From the NCBI GenBank assembly GCA_031441445.1, contig GCA_031441445.1_4353.1: a DNA stretch of 24,085 bases. One strand, written 5' to 3'. The notes beneath the pieces are model-generated. The model saw only the letters and a program-made list of their open reading frames with translations. It did not search any database and was not told the origin of the DNA. A program made the translations under genes and the position numbers. Positions 7,597-14,302 of the stretch are shown here, in pieces. Position 1 is the stretch's first letter, and every line of letters begins with the position of its first letter. Origin of the DNA: a phage.

Positions 7597-8085
7597 TCAG
7601 CCTTTCACCGCGCGTCCAATAGCAACCGCCTCTTGCCACGGCTTACCGTCGAACAATGCCAGCCGCCCGGCGGTACGGCGGCGCAGGCCGAGTAACGGTT
7701 TGCCGTTCTGGTTGATGAACAGCGCCAGCTTAGCCCGCAGCGTCGCGATGTCACCAGAGCGCAGTGCCTTACCTGTACCGGTAGTAGCTGCGATAACGCC
7801 AGCGCCTGCGTTAAACACAAGGTCACACACGGCGTCGAACTGAGCCTGTGTCAGTGAGTGATGCGCTGCAGCGTCAACGGCGGCTACGGCCTTAGCCATA
7901 TCGCGATTGAGTAGCAGAAGACCCTGGCCGGGCGTGATGGTCTGCCCGGGCTTAACGTCTGGCCCGTAATGCCCGTAGCCAATAGTCAGGTACTTCTCGG
8001 CGGGTGTAGCACGATACGCAGTTCCCCGGAAGCCCTCGAACTCGGCACAAAAATGTAAGCCGTTATCTGAAATGTTTCGAGACAC
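7597..8085 (-). CDS. endolysin, GH24 lysozyme-like (T4 lysozyme / lambda R family)
   Basis: 162-aa ORF with N-terminal catalytic-region motif EFEGFRGTAYRATPAEKYLTIGYGH; GTG start at 8085 with a strong AAGGAGG RBS 8 nt upstream; follows two membrane-protein genes. Confidence 0.75.
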   Translation of the reverse strand: MSRNISDNGLHFCAEFEGFRGTAYRATPAEKYLTIGYGHYGPDVKPGQTITPGQGLLLLNRDMAKAVAAVDAAAHHSLTQAQFDAVCDLVFNAGAGVIAATTGTGKALRSGDIATLRAKLALFINQNGKPLLGLRRRTAGRLALFDGKPWQEAVAIGRAVKG

Positions 8086-8344
8086 GCTTATGTCCTCCTT
8101 TCGACTGGTAATGCAGCCACGACTGACGAATCTGTCGCAGCGCTACCAGGGTAATTAATGTTTCCGGCAGCGTCGGGGACATGCTGCCCTGTAACAAGTG
8201 GATACAACCGGCGGCGCAGACAATAGCTGTCAGGATATAGAGCACCCGGCCAAATAGCCCGTCGTCAACGCTGGGATGATACACATTAAACAGCGATGTG
8301 CCTCCGATTGCCAGCATACCGCAGAACCAGAATAACTCATTCAT
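8063..8344 (-). CDS. lysis-associated membrane protein (holin/antiholin-like, two predicted TM segments)
   Basis: ORF track 8063..8437; the internal ATG at 8344 (MNELFWFCGMLAIGG...) has a GAGGAGG RBS and overlaps the upstream stop by 8 nt; basic C-terminus. Confidence 0.45.
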   Translation of the reverse strand: MNELFWFCGMLAIGGTSLFNVYHPSVDDGLFGRVLYILTAIVCAAGCIHLLQGSMSPTLPETLITLVALRQIRQSWLHYQSKGGHKRVSKHFR

Positions 8345-8645
8345 CCGGGCCTCCTCGACGTGCGATGTATTCTCCGGCGACAATGCCAGAGAGACGGGAA
8401 TAAATTGGCATCCAGAGAATAGCAATGATGAATCCAAGGCCCGCTATTTCGCGTTCACCTGCGATACCGAACCATTGAGCGGCGAGAGGCGCACCGAATA
8501 CGGCGCACGCAAAGCCAGTGGCGAGAAAACAGAGAGCATCGACAGGGCCGGTAATAGTGGCTTTGTGTTGCCGTAAGCCTATTACCCCACCAGCTAATGC
8601 GGCAGCGAGAAGCCACCCCGTCTCTGTTTCAGTAAATTTATCCAA
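8337..8645 (-). CDS. holin-like membrane protein (three predicted TM segments)
   Basis: 102-aa ORF with hydrophobic segments GWLLAAALAGGVIGL, ALCFLATGFACAVFGAPLAA and IAGLGFIIAILWMPIY and a charged C-terminus; TTG start at 8645 with GGAGG SD 7 nt upstream; first gene of the lysis cassette. Confidence 0.55.
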   Translation of the reverse strand: MDKFTETETGWLLAAALAGGVIGLRQHKATITGPVDALCFLATGFACAVFGAPLAAQWFGIAGEREIAGLGFIIAILWMPIYSRLSGIVAGEYIARRGGPDE

Positions 8646-8650
8646 GATGA

Positions 8651-8690
8651 ATCCTCCAGGTGCGTATTAAGTATGCAGTAACTGGAGGAT
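8651..8690 (-). promoter_or_regulatory. RNA hairpin sequestering the holin Shine-Dalgarno
   Basis: Perfect 9-bp inverted repeat ATCCTCCAG (8651-8659) / CTGGAGGAT (8682-8690) with a 22-nt loop; the minus-strand 3' arm contains the holin GGAGG SD. Confidence 0.45.
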
Positions 8691-8720
8691 AGCACGGTTA
8701 GGAATTATCTTAATAACGGT

Positions 8721-9014
8721 TTATTTATGACGCCAGATGTATTGTCGTCTCTGCGGTTTAGTCGGAATATCATCGTATCCGAGCGATTTCCAGTAATTAA
8801 ATAACCGATTAGCGATTGCCGCGCGTTCCTGTGTTTTAAACTCTCCTAGATTCACGGCCTTTCCGTTCTGGAATCCACAGGCGCGGATAGCTTTACGCCG
8901 TTCTTGTATCTCTGGGTACAGCACGTTACGGCGACGCTTGTGTATACGTGTCTTCGCTCTCGGTGACAGCGGCGCAAGGCCGCTTCGTTTCAGGATGTCA
9001 GTTGCTAACGACAT
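8721..9014 (-). CDS. hypothetical basic protein (possible DNA-binding)
   Basis: ORF track 8721..9059; the internal ATG at 9014 overlaps the upstream stop; K/R-rich (RAKTRIHKRRRN); weak resemblance to AP2-type DNA-binding domains, not diagnostic. Confidence 0.4.
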   Translation of the reverse strand: MSLATDILKRSGLAPLSPRAKTRIHKRRRNVLYPEIQERRKAIRACGFQNGKAVNLGEFKTQERAAIANRLFNYWKSLGYDDIPTKPQRRQYIWRHK

Positions 9015-9202
9015 CACTCCACCCCCTCCACATGTGTAACCGACCCACAGTTCGCGCACTCGACGTAATCAGGGTACTGGTCTTTGTATTTCTGTAACTC
9101 AGCTTCAAGTTTCGCGTAATCTTCGTAAAGCACTAACACGCCCTCAACATCAGGAGTAAACCCGAATATCTGGTCGTAGGTATATCTCTGCACCATAATC
9201 AC
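9014..9202 (-). CDS. hypothetical protein (62 aa)
   Basis: ORF coupled to its neighbours by overlapping start and stop. Confidence 0.4.
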   Translation of the reverse strand: MIMVQRYTYDQIFGFTPDVEGVLVLYEDYAKLEAELQKYKDQYPDYVECANCGSVTHVEGVE

Positions 9203-9417
9203 TTCTCCTGTTTACCAAGTCTCTTAGGTGAGCAGATAGCGCGTACCTCTGAATCGTTGGGCTTGTCGCCCTGAAACAGAAAGTGCGCGTTCTCTGCAGC
9301 GCGGGCGGCCGACTGGCACGCCTCCATTGAGTGAAACGTTTCCGATGCTGCGAGTTGCATCTGGCCTGCGGACAATACCCAGATAAATAAGATGCTGGTC
9401 ATTTCTTTAACCCACAT
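9199..9417 (-). CDS. hypothetical secreted or membrane-anchored small protein
   Basis: N-terminal hydrophobic signal-like segment (MTSILFIWVLSAGQMQLAA) and two Cys in the mature part; an alternative start at 9402 would overlap the upstream stop (ATGA). Confidence 0.4.
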   Translation of the reverse strand: MWVKEMTSILFIWVLSAGQMQLAASETFHSMEACQSAARAAENAHFLFQGDKPNDSEVRAICSPKRLGKQEK

Positions 9418-9599
9418 TTAATGTACATACATGGAAACCCGACTCCGTAAAATTGCCATTCGTGTTCACGCTGTTTCTCCTTCCACCGTACCCACATCCG
9501 CTGAACCTCTGGTTCAGCGTAGCCATTGTCTTTCCGGGCCGGGGTGAACCCAAACCGGCTCCGGAACCATATTTCAAACTGCCGCAAAGTAAGTCTCAC
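9399..9599 (-). CDS. hypothetical protein (66 aa)
   Basis: ORF with apparent GTG start overlapping the upstream gene by 26 nt; start uncertain. Confidence 0.35.
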   Translation of the reverse strand: MRLTLRQFEIWFRSRFGFTPARKDNGYAEPEVQRMWVRWKEKQREHEWQFYGVGFPCMYIKCGLKK

Positions 9600-9759
9600 T
9601 TCCTGGTAACTTGAAGCCGTTTTCAGTTCTCACCACGTTCCACTCCATCCCGCCGTGGTACACAACCATGTCTTCTAAATCCAGGTCTATAATGGTTCCT
9701 ACTTTGAAGATGCCTTTAGTCAGTTCACTGTCTCTTTTTGTAACTTTAACTTCTAACAT
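9574..9759 (-). CDS. hypothetical protein (61 aa)
   Basis: ATG at 9759 with GAGGAAAA RBS, downstream of the cassette promoter at 9792-9820. Confidence 0.45.
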   Translation of the reverse strand: MLEVKVTKRDSELTKGIFKVGTIIDLDLEDMVVYHGGMEWNVVRTENGFKLPGSETYFAAV

Positions 9760-9791
9760 TTCGTTTTCCTCTGTCTCGTCTGTGTAAATGA

Positions 9792-9820
9792 ATAGTAGCC
9801 TATTCTATCTTAGTGTGCAA
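9792..9820 (-). promoter_or_regulatory. early promoter cassette (TTGCAC-N17-TACTAT, minus strand) with operator palindrome
   Basis: -35 is rc of 9815-9820, -10 is rc of 9792-9797; palindrome AATAG-TAGC-CTATT at 9791-9804 overlaps the -10; whole cassette to the ATG is homologous to the one at 11022-11090. Confidence 0.5.
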
Positions 9821-9904
9821 GTAAATTTTATTGGTGTTTGTATTGTTGCATCTCCTGCAATAGCCGCTTCGATTGTTGCGTTTGGTGAAATAGAACAAAA
9901 ATGA

Positions 9905-9934
9905 GAAAAATGATACGCTGCTGTGTAGCAGCGT
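9905..9934 (-). terminator. rho-independent terminator (minus strand)
   Basis: Perfect 8-bp stem ACGCTGCT / AGCAGCGT (9915-9922 / 9927-9934) with GTGT loop, followed on the minus strand by AUCAUUUUUCUCAUUUUUG; just after the stop of gene 9938..10177. Confidence 0.6.
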
Positions 9935-9937
9935 AGG

Positions 9938-10177
9938 TCACTCAGTAAAATCCCAAACTATTGTTACAGTATAACATAACACTTCTGGCGGCTCGGGTAA
10001 CGGCATCCAGTGCGTCACGTACTTATCGTAGTTATTCCAGAAAGGCTTTCTCCCGTCATCAGGAACGATGTAATAATCGTGTTGAACTGCGTTATTTAAC
10101 GTTTCATACACCAGGAATTCTTTATCCGTATACCCGTTACCCGGCAGCATCTCACTACACTTAATCCACTCGCCCAT
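9938..10177 (-). CDS. DUF551-like phage protein
   Basis: 79 aa with N-terminal WIKCSEMLPG and C-terminal THWMPLPEPP, as I recall for the DUF551 family (from memory, not searched); a paralog lies at 16029-16286. Confidence 0.5.
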   Translation of the reverse strand: MGEWIKCSEMLPGNGYTDKEFLVYETLNNAVQHDYYIVPDDGRKPFWNNYDKYVTHWMPLPEPPEVLCYTVTIVWDFTE

Positions 10178-10180
10178 AAA

Positions 10181-10324
10181 TCACCCCTTATTCATCACAG
10201 CTTGCGCACCAGCTTTCCACGCCCGCCACGCGAGACGCGTCTTAACGTTCAGGTACTCTTTCTTCGAACCCTTGTTAACCGGCAGACCCTCGACTACGGC
10301 CCATCGTTCGAATGCTTCTCTCAT
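10181..10324 (-). CDS. hypothetical small protein (47 aa, MREAFERWAVVEGLPVNKGSKKEYLNVKTRLAWRAWKAGAQAVMNKG)
   Basis: Unlisted ORF filling the gap between the HNH and DUF551 genes; stop lies 4 nt before the DUF551 ATG. Confidence 0.35.
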   Translation of the reverse strand: MREAFERWAVVEGLPVNKGSKKEYLNVKTRLAWRAWKAGAQAVMNKG

Positions 10325-10327
10325 AAC

Positions 10328-10684
10328 TTAGTCCTCATGATATTTTTCAAACCAGAACACAACCGGGTCAGATTTCATTTCAACCAACCCCATACGAACC
10401 AGCGCTTTGCCTTTCCCGGACGCAAGGAATTCACGACGACCATCACTGATAATTCGCCGATAATCTTCCAGGCTACCGCAATGCTTGTGCAGATTGCATG
10501 GGCGGCATGCCGGAACCATGTTGGATATATCGTCGCGTTCCTGGTGAAGCATATTTCCATCAAAACGAATGACCGGTTTTACATGGTATGCATGCCACTT
10601 TTCACCAAGTTCGCAGCCACAATAAGCACAGCGACCGCCGAACTTCATACGCAATTCTGCTCGTTGTTTTTTAGTTATAGCCAT
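10328..10684 (-). CDS. HNH endonuclease
   Basis: ORF track 10328..10696 starts at GTG; ATG at 10684 preferred. HNH signature CAYCGCEL...WHAYHVKP...NMVPACRPCNLHKH (Cys pairs, His, Asn). Confidence 0.7.
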   Translation of the reverse strand: MAITKKQRAELRMKFGGRCAYCGCELGEKWHAYHVKPVIRFDGNMLHQERDDISNMVPACRPCNLHKHCGSLEDYRRIISDGRREFLASGKGKALVRMGLVEMKSDPVVFWFEKYHED

Positions 10685-10788
10685 ACCAACCCCCACAACG
10701 CGTGCACCGCATAAACGGCGCTGACAATTAAGATAAACGGGTAATTATTCACGGCAACCTCCCTCAGAGTCGTCGGCACTGGCGCCAT
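10675..10788 (-). CDS. tiny hydrophobic peptide (37 aa, MAPVPTTLREVAVNNYPFILIVSAVYAVHALWGLVWL)
   Basis: Unlisted ORF with one predicted TM helix; overlaps the HNH start by 10 nt; no clear SD. Confidence 0.25.
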   Translation of the reverse strand: MAPVPTTLREVAVNNYPFILIVSAVYAVHALWGLVWL

Positions 10789-10805
10789 GATTCGGCGCCG
10801 TGGGT

Positions 10806-11024
10806 TTATTTAAAGTAGATAGCGAATTTCTTGTAACCCGCAGGCTCATTACGAAGCCCCTTACCGATAGCGAAACGTTGTACGTTGTTAAAATCGTTTC
10901 CATCCATACCGTCGGTGCCGAACGTAAAGAAGTTGCGTTTGTTCCCGATAATTACGCGCTCTGAAATATCGATGCCGTAAACTTGTTTGATTGCGGAAAC
11001 TACGCTTGCGGTCGCTTTGTTCAT
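10806..11024 (-). CDS. hypothetical protein (72 aa)
   Basis: ATG at 11024 with AAGGAATTTAGAAATG initiation region (same leader motif as genes at 17616 and 21003); first gene after promoter 11059-11087. Confidence 0.5.
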   Translation of the reverse strand: MNKATASVVSAIKQVYGIDISERVIIGNKRNFFTFGTDGMDGNDFNNVQRFAIGKGLRNEPAGYKKFAIYFK

Positions 11025-11058
11025 TTCTAAATTCCTTATGTCTCGTTTCGATAAGTGA

Positions 11059-11087
11059 ATAGTAACCTATTATGTTGGGGTGTGCAA
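11059..11087 (-). promoter_or_regulatory. early promoter cassette (TTGCAC-N17-TACTAT, minus strand) with operator palindrome
   Basis: -35 is rc of 11082-11087, -10 is rc of 11059-11064; palindrome AATAG-TAAC-CTATT at 11058-11071. Confidence 0.5.
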
Positions 11088-11129
11088 GAGAATAGTTACG
11101 TTGCCGTTGTGATTCTTTCGTTTCTTAAA

Positions 11130-11185
11130 AGAGTACGCAACGCAGTGGGTGGGCGTTAGCCCACCCCAGCGGAGTGAAGTACTCT
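11130..11185. other. nested inverted-repeat element in the divergent intergenic region
   Basis: Inner perfect 8-bp GC-rich stem GGGTGGGC / GCCCACCC (11147-11154 / 11159-11166, GTTA loop) nested in an outer 7-bp stem AGAGTAC / GTACTCT (11130-11136 / 11179-11185). Confidence 0.4.
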
Positions 11186-11421
11186 CTACCTTGCTCACGG
11201 CAACTATAGAAACTTTTAATTATCAGTGACTTGGATATTTAGGCGGGATTAACAATAGACTTTGACCCTTCCGAAAGCGTCAGCGGAACTACACTCAAGT
11301 GCCTAATGGCACGCGTTGCGTTCCCTGCCGCTCCGCGGTCGCTTGCGATATCTCACAAGCTCAGTGAAGCTTAGCATATTTTCAAGTAAAAGTCAATACC
11401 AGTAGCATCTTTTGTATTTTA

Positions 11422-11461
11422 GTAACTTTGCGTGGTGTTTTGGTTGCTTTTACAAAGTTAC
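11422..11461. promoter_or_regulatory. perfect 9-bp inverted repeat upstream of the AlpA-like gene
   Basis: GTAACTTTG (11422-11430) / CAAAGTTAC (11453-11461) separated by 22 bp, 41-80 nt upstream of ATG 11502. Confidence 0.35.
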
Positions 11462-11501
11462 CGCCTTATACTTCGATACATATTACACAGGAGAGCGCGA
11501 G

Positions 11502-11672
11502 ATGACTATCAATGAAGTTGCAGAATTAATCGGCGTCACCCGCCAGACGATCAATAACTGGATTAAGAGTGGAAAGTTTCCTGATTGCAGCGTTAAAGTA
11601 ATGGGGCGCCGTTTACCAGGAACATTTGACCGTAATAAAGTTGAAGCGTGGATTAAGGAGAACGTGAAATGA
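11502..11672 (+). CDS. AlpA/excisionase-like helix-turn-helix DNA-binding protein
   Basis: ORF track 11412..11672; ATG at 11502 with AGGAGA RBS preferred. 56 aa with the HTH signature MTINEVAELIGVTRQTINNWIKSGKFP. Confidence 0.65.
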   Translation: MTINEVAELIGVTRQTINNWIKSGKFPDCSVKVMGRRLPGTFDRNKVEAWIKENVK

Positions 11673-11959
11673 AAGGTGTAATTTTCCACGATAAAGAAAA
11701 TGACAGTGCTTATATGGTCTATTTAGTGCAAGGTGAGTATGCGTTGTGTTTTAACGTTTCCTGTAAACTGGACTCATATTTGCCGTTTTGCGTTACAGAA
11801 GAATTGCAGTTGATTAGTCTAAGAAGACTCAGCACAATGTCGGCTTCCATCGATGTCTCCGACCACCTATCCTACGTTTATCAGTATTTCGGGGATGAGA
11901 TTGTCGCAGATTATTACCGTAAGTACGCGCATTTGATGGAATGTCTGGCTAATAGATAA
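11669..11959 (+). CDS. hypothetical protein (96 aa)
   Basis: ATG overlaps the upstream stop (ATGA); GGAG RBS. Confidence 0.5.
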   Translation: MKGVIFHDKENDSAYMVYLVQGEYALCFNVSCKLDSYLPFCVTEELQLISLRRLSTMSASIDVSDHLSYVYQYFGDEIVADYYRKYAHLMECLANR

Positions 11960-12016
11960 AAGAAGGCCCCAGCGTTAGAGCGCCGAGGCCAAATTACTTG
12001 CTGAAGGAAATACAAC

Positions 12017-14302
12017 ATGTCCGATGTAATTTTATCCTACTCGTGGTCACGCCGCAACGCGCGGGCGGGAAAAAAGGATATAAATGTCAGAACCGCACAC
12101 ACGGCAACACTGGACGACCTGAAAGAGTTAATCCAGCCGCTCGATGCCGTTCGCGACGGGATTAACCCTAAGACCGCGCCCGGTTATATCACCGCCGCGT
12201 GCGACTCAACGCACAGCACCGTAAAAGACCCGGAAACTGGAGACTTTAAGCAAGCGCGTAAAGGTTTTTTCTACCGCTGCGATGCGTCTGTAAGCAAATC
12301 GTCGCTGGCCTATCTGGATTTCGACAGCACAACACCGGAAGAGTATCAGGAAGCGGTGCGCCTGGTTAAGCGCAGCCGCTGGGCCATGTGCCTCTATACC
12401 ACGGCATCACATACTGATGAGTCACCGCGCTTTCGCGTCGTAATGCCACTGGCCCGTCCGGTGGAGGGTGGTGACATCATCCGTGTTCGTCATGGGTTGC
12501 TGGAGCACTTCTTCAAAGGCATGGGTGCGGACCGCAGCGGGTTCACTCTGTCGCAGCCGATGTACCTGCCGCCGGTCGGCGCTACCGTTATCTGGTCGCG
12601 CCGCAACGACCTGATCGACCCGAACGAGTTACTGGAAGGCATCCCAGCCGTTGACGTTAGCAGCGCATCGGATTACCAGATACCGGAAGAACTGCGCACC
12701 GCGTTTACAGACGCGTTTGAAGCACTGGCGTTTGAGTACGGCGGCGTCATGACGCCGCGCGGCCTTAAGATGCCAGCCACACCGGAACATGCCGAAAACT
12801 ACAGCGACCCGACACCGCGCCCGGACGACTTCCTGCTGTGCTTCCCGCGCGAGGGGTATGAAGCGCCAAACGTAACCATGATTCACGACACAGACATTAC
12901 GGCGACAGAAGGCCTGTCACCGAAAGAGGTGTGGAAGTACGCGTGCGATGCGACCGGGCTGCCGTTCAGTGAAGTCGCAGAGGCCATCGGTTGGGGGGCG
13001 CGTGAATCTGTCTCATGCAGCCTCGACGACCTGGAAGACGACGAGGACTCAGAGGAGGACGAGTTACCAGAACCGGTAAAGGCTGATTTCGTCGTTGAGG
13101 GGTACATGCCGTCGGATTGTATCTGGGATATTGTCGGGGAATCCGGCACGTACAAATCATTCTATACGCTGGGGATGATGTACCTGAGCGCCGCCGGGTA
13201 CCGGTTTGCGGGGGCTGACACCCAACGTTGCCACCATTTCTATATTGACGGCGAGGGTGGTGCAGCTACACGAACACGTATTGATGCACTCGCGGCTAAA
13301 TATGGCGAGGAAGGTAAAGATTATGTACATGTCATCGATATGGGCGAAATACTCGCTACGCATGGTGATAAAAAAATTCCAGCTCTAATCCGCAGGATGC
13401 GCGAAACCGCAGGGGATGAACCTATTGGCATGGTTGCCTTCGACACCCTTAACCAGACGCTGGCCCTGACGATTGATAAGTTCGACGAGAACAGTTCATC
13501 AACGGCAATCGGTATGGGTAAAGTTATCGCCATCCTGAAAGAAGTGCGCGATGCAACTAAAGCCGCTGTCGGTGTCGTTCACCATACTCCGAAGGGCGGA
13601 AAGAAAGCCCGCGGCAGTGGAGCATTGTATGCGGGTGTCGACGTGGAACTGACAATCGAACGCGCTACCGACCGTCAGATAAACGTATACCACTCTAAAT
13701 TTAAGCACGGTCCGCAACAGAAGACGGTTGGCATGGTACTGGAGTCTGTACAGTTCCGTGAAGCACCGCCGCCGAAAGAGTACCGCGCGGTTGAGTTCCT
13801 CGGTAGCACAGAGGAATACGGCACAATAGTAAACCTCGACCTGCCTGAGCCGCACAAGGCGCTTGTATTGATGCCGTGGGGCTTCGAGCCGTTCAAAACT
13901 GACGAGGAGAAAGAGAGGGAAGAAGGGTTAACTAACGAAGGTAAACAAAATGTACGTAAAACCATAGAGAACGCCGTCAACAGTTCCGAGGCCACGATAC
14001 TCGCGGCGTTTGAACTGGCGGAGGGGACCTACAACGGCAACGAGGGCATCACGGTATCCGCAGCGAATAAGCTCGCGCAGTCTGACCCCAACGCAAAGGC
14101 GTTTAACTCCAAAGAAGCCATAGAACGCGGGAAGATTAAGAAAATGGTTGAGGCTGGGTATCTTGTTCCGGGTACTGACGAAAACAATCAGATAATCCCA
14201 GGCCGTTACAGACTGAACACCATGATAACAGATAACAAGATTCCGAAGACAATATACGAACCGAATGAAATGCTGACAGTGACCGAGGAGGATTTGGAAT
14301 GA
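12017..14302 (+). CDS. bifunctional DNA primase/helicase (AEP-type primase-polymerase N-terminus fused to RecA-like ATPase)
   Basis: 761 aa. N-terminal AEP motifs LAYLDFD (DxD) and TTASHTD (sxH); acidic linker DDLEDDEDSEEDE; C-terminal Walker A GESGTYKS and H-motif VGVVHHTPKG; GAAGGAAA RBS. Confidence 0.7.
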   Translation: MSDVILSYSWSRRNARAGKKDINVRTAHTATLDDLKELIQPLDAVRDGINPKTAPGYITAACDSTHSTVKDPETGDFKQARKGFFYRCDASVSKSSLAYLDFDSTTPEEYQEAVRLVKRSRWAMCLYTTASHTDESPRFRVVMPLARPVEGGDIIRVRHGLLEHFFKGMGADRSGFTLSQPMYLPPVGATVIWSRRNDLIDPNELLEGIPAVDVSSASDYQIPEELRTAFTDAFEALAFEYGGVMTPRGLKMPATPEHAENYSDPTPRPDDFLLCFPREGYEAPNVTMIHDTDITATEGLSPKEVWKYACDATGLPFSEVAEAIGWGARESVSCSLDDLEDDEDSEEDELPEPVKADFVVEGYMPSDCIWDIVGESGTYKSFYTLGMMYLSAAGYRFAGADTQRCHHFYIDGEGGAATRTRIDALAAKYGEEGKDYVHVIDMGEILATHGDKKIPALIRRMRETAGDEPIGMVAFDTLNQTLALTIDKFDENSSSTAIGMGKVIAILKEVRDATKAAVGVVHHTPKGGKKARGSGALYAGVDVELTIERATDRQINVYHSKFKHGPQQKTVGMVLESVQFREAPPPKEYRAVEFLGSTEEYGTIVNLDLPEPHKALVLMPWGFEPFKTDEEKEREEGLTNEGKQNVRKTIENAVNSSEATILAAFELAEGTYNGNEGITVSAANKLAQSDPNAKAFNSKEAIERGKIKKMVEAGYLVPGTDENNQIIPGRYRLNTMITDNKIPKTIYEPNEMLTVTEEDLE

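Noticed and set aside
8721-9417. Rz/Rz1-type spanin genes near the lysis cassette
   Set aside because: No ORF with a lipobox (L-x-x-C) signal or an embedded or overlapping pair typical of spanins; the signal-peptide protein 9199..9417 lacks a lipobox Cys. Spanins may be encoded outside the window or be absent.
10202-10714. 170-aa plus-strand ORF
   Set aside because: Entirely antisense to the HNH endonuclease and the small ORF 10181..10324, which have motifs and coupling; no plus-strand promoter or RBS.
12629-13995. Stack of minus-strand ORFs (12629..12886, 12883..13155, 13157..13363, 13321..13533, 13499..13855, 13675..13995) inside the primase-helicase gene
   Set aside because: All antisense to a 761-aa ORF with clear AEP-primase and Walker/H-motif signatures; no regulatory signals.
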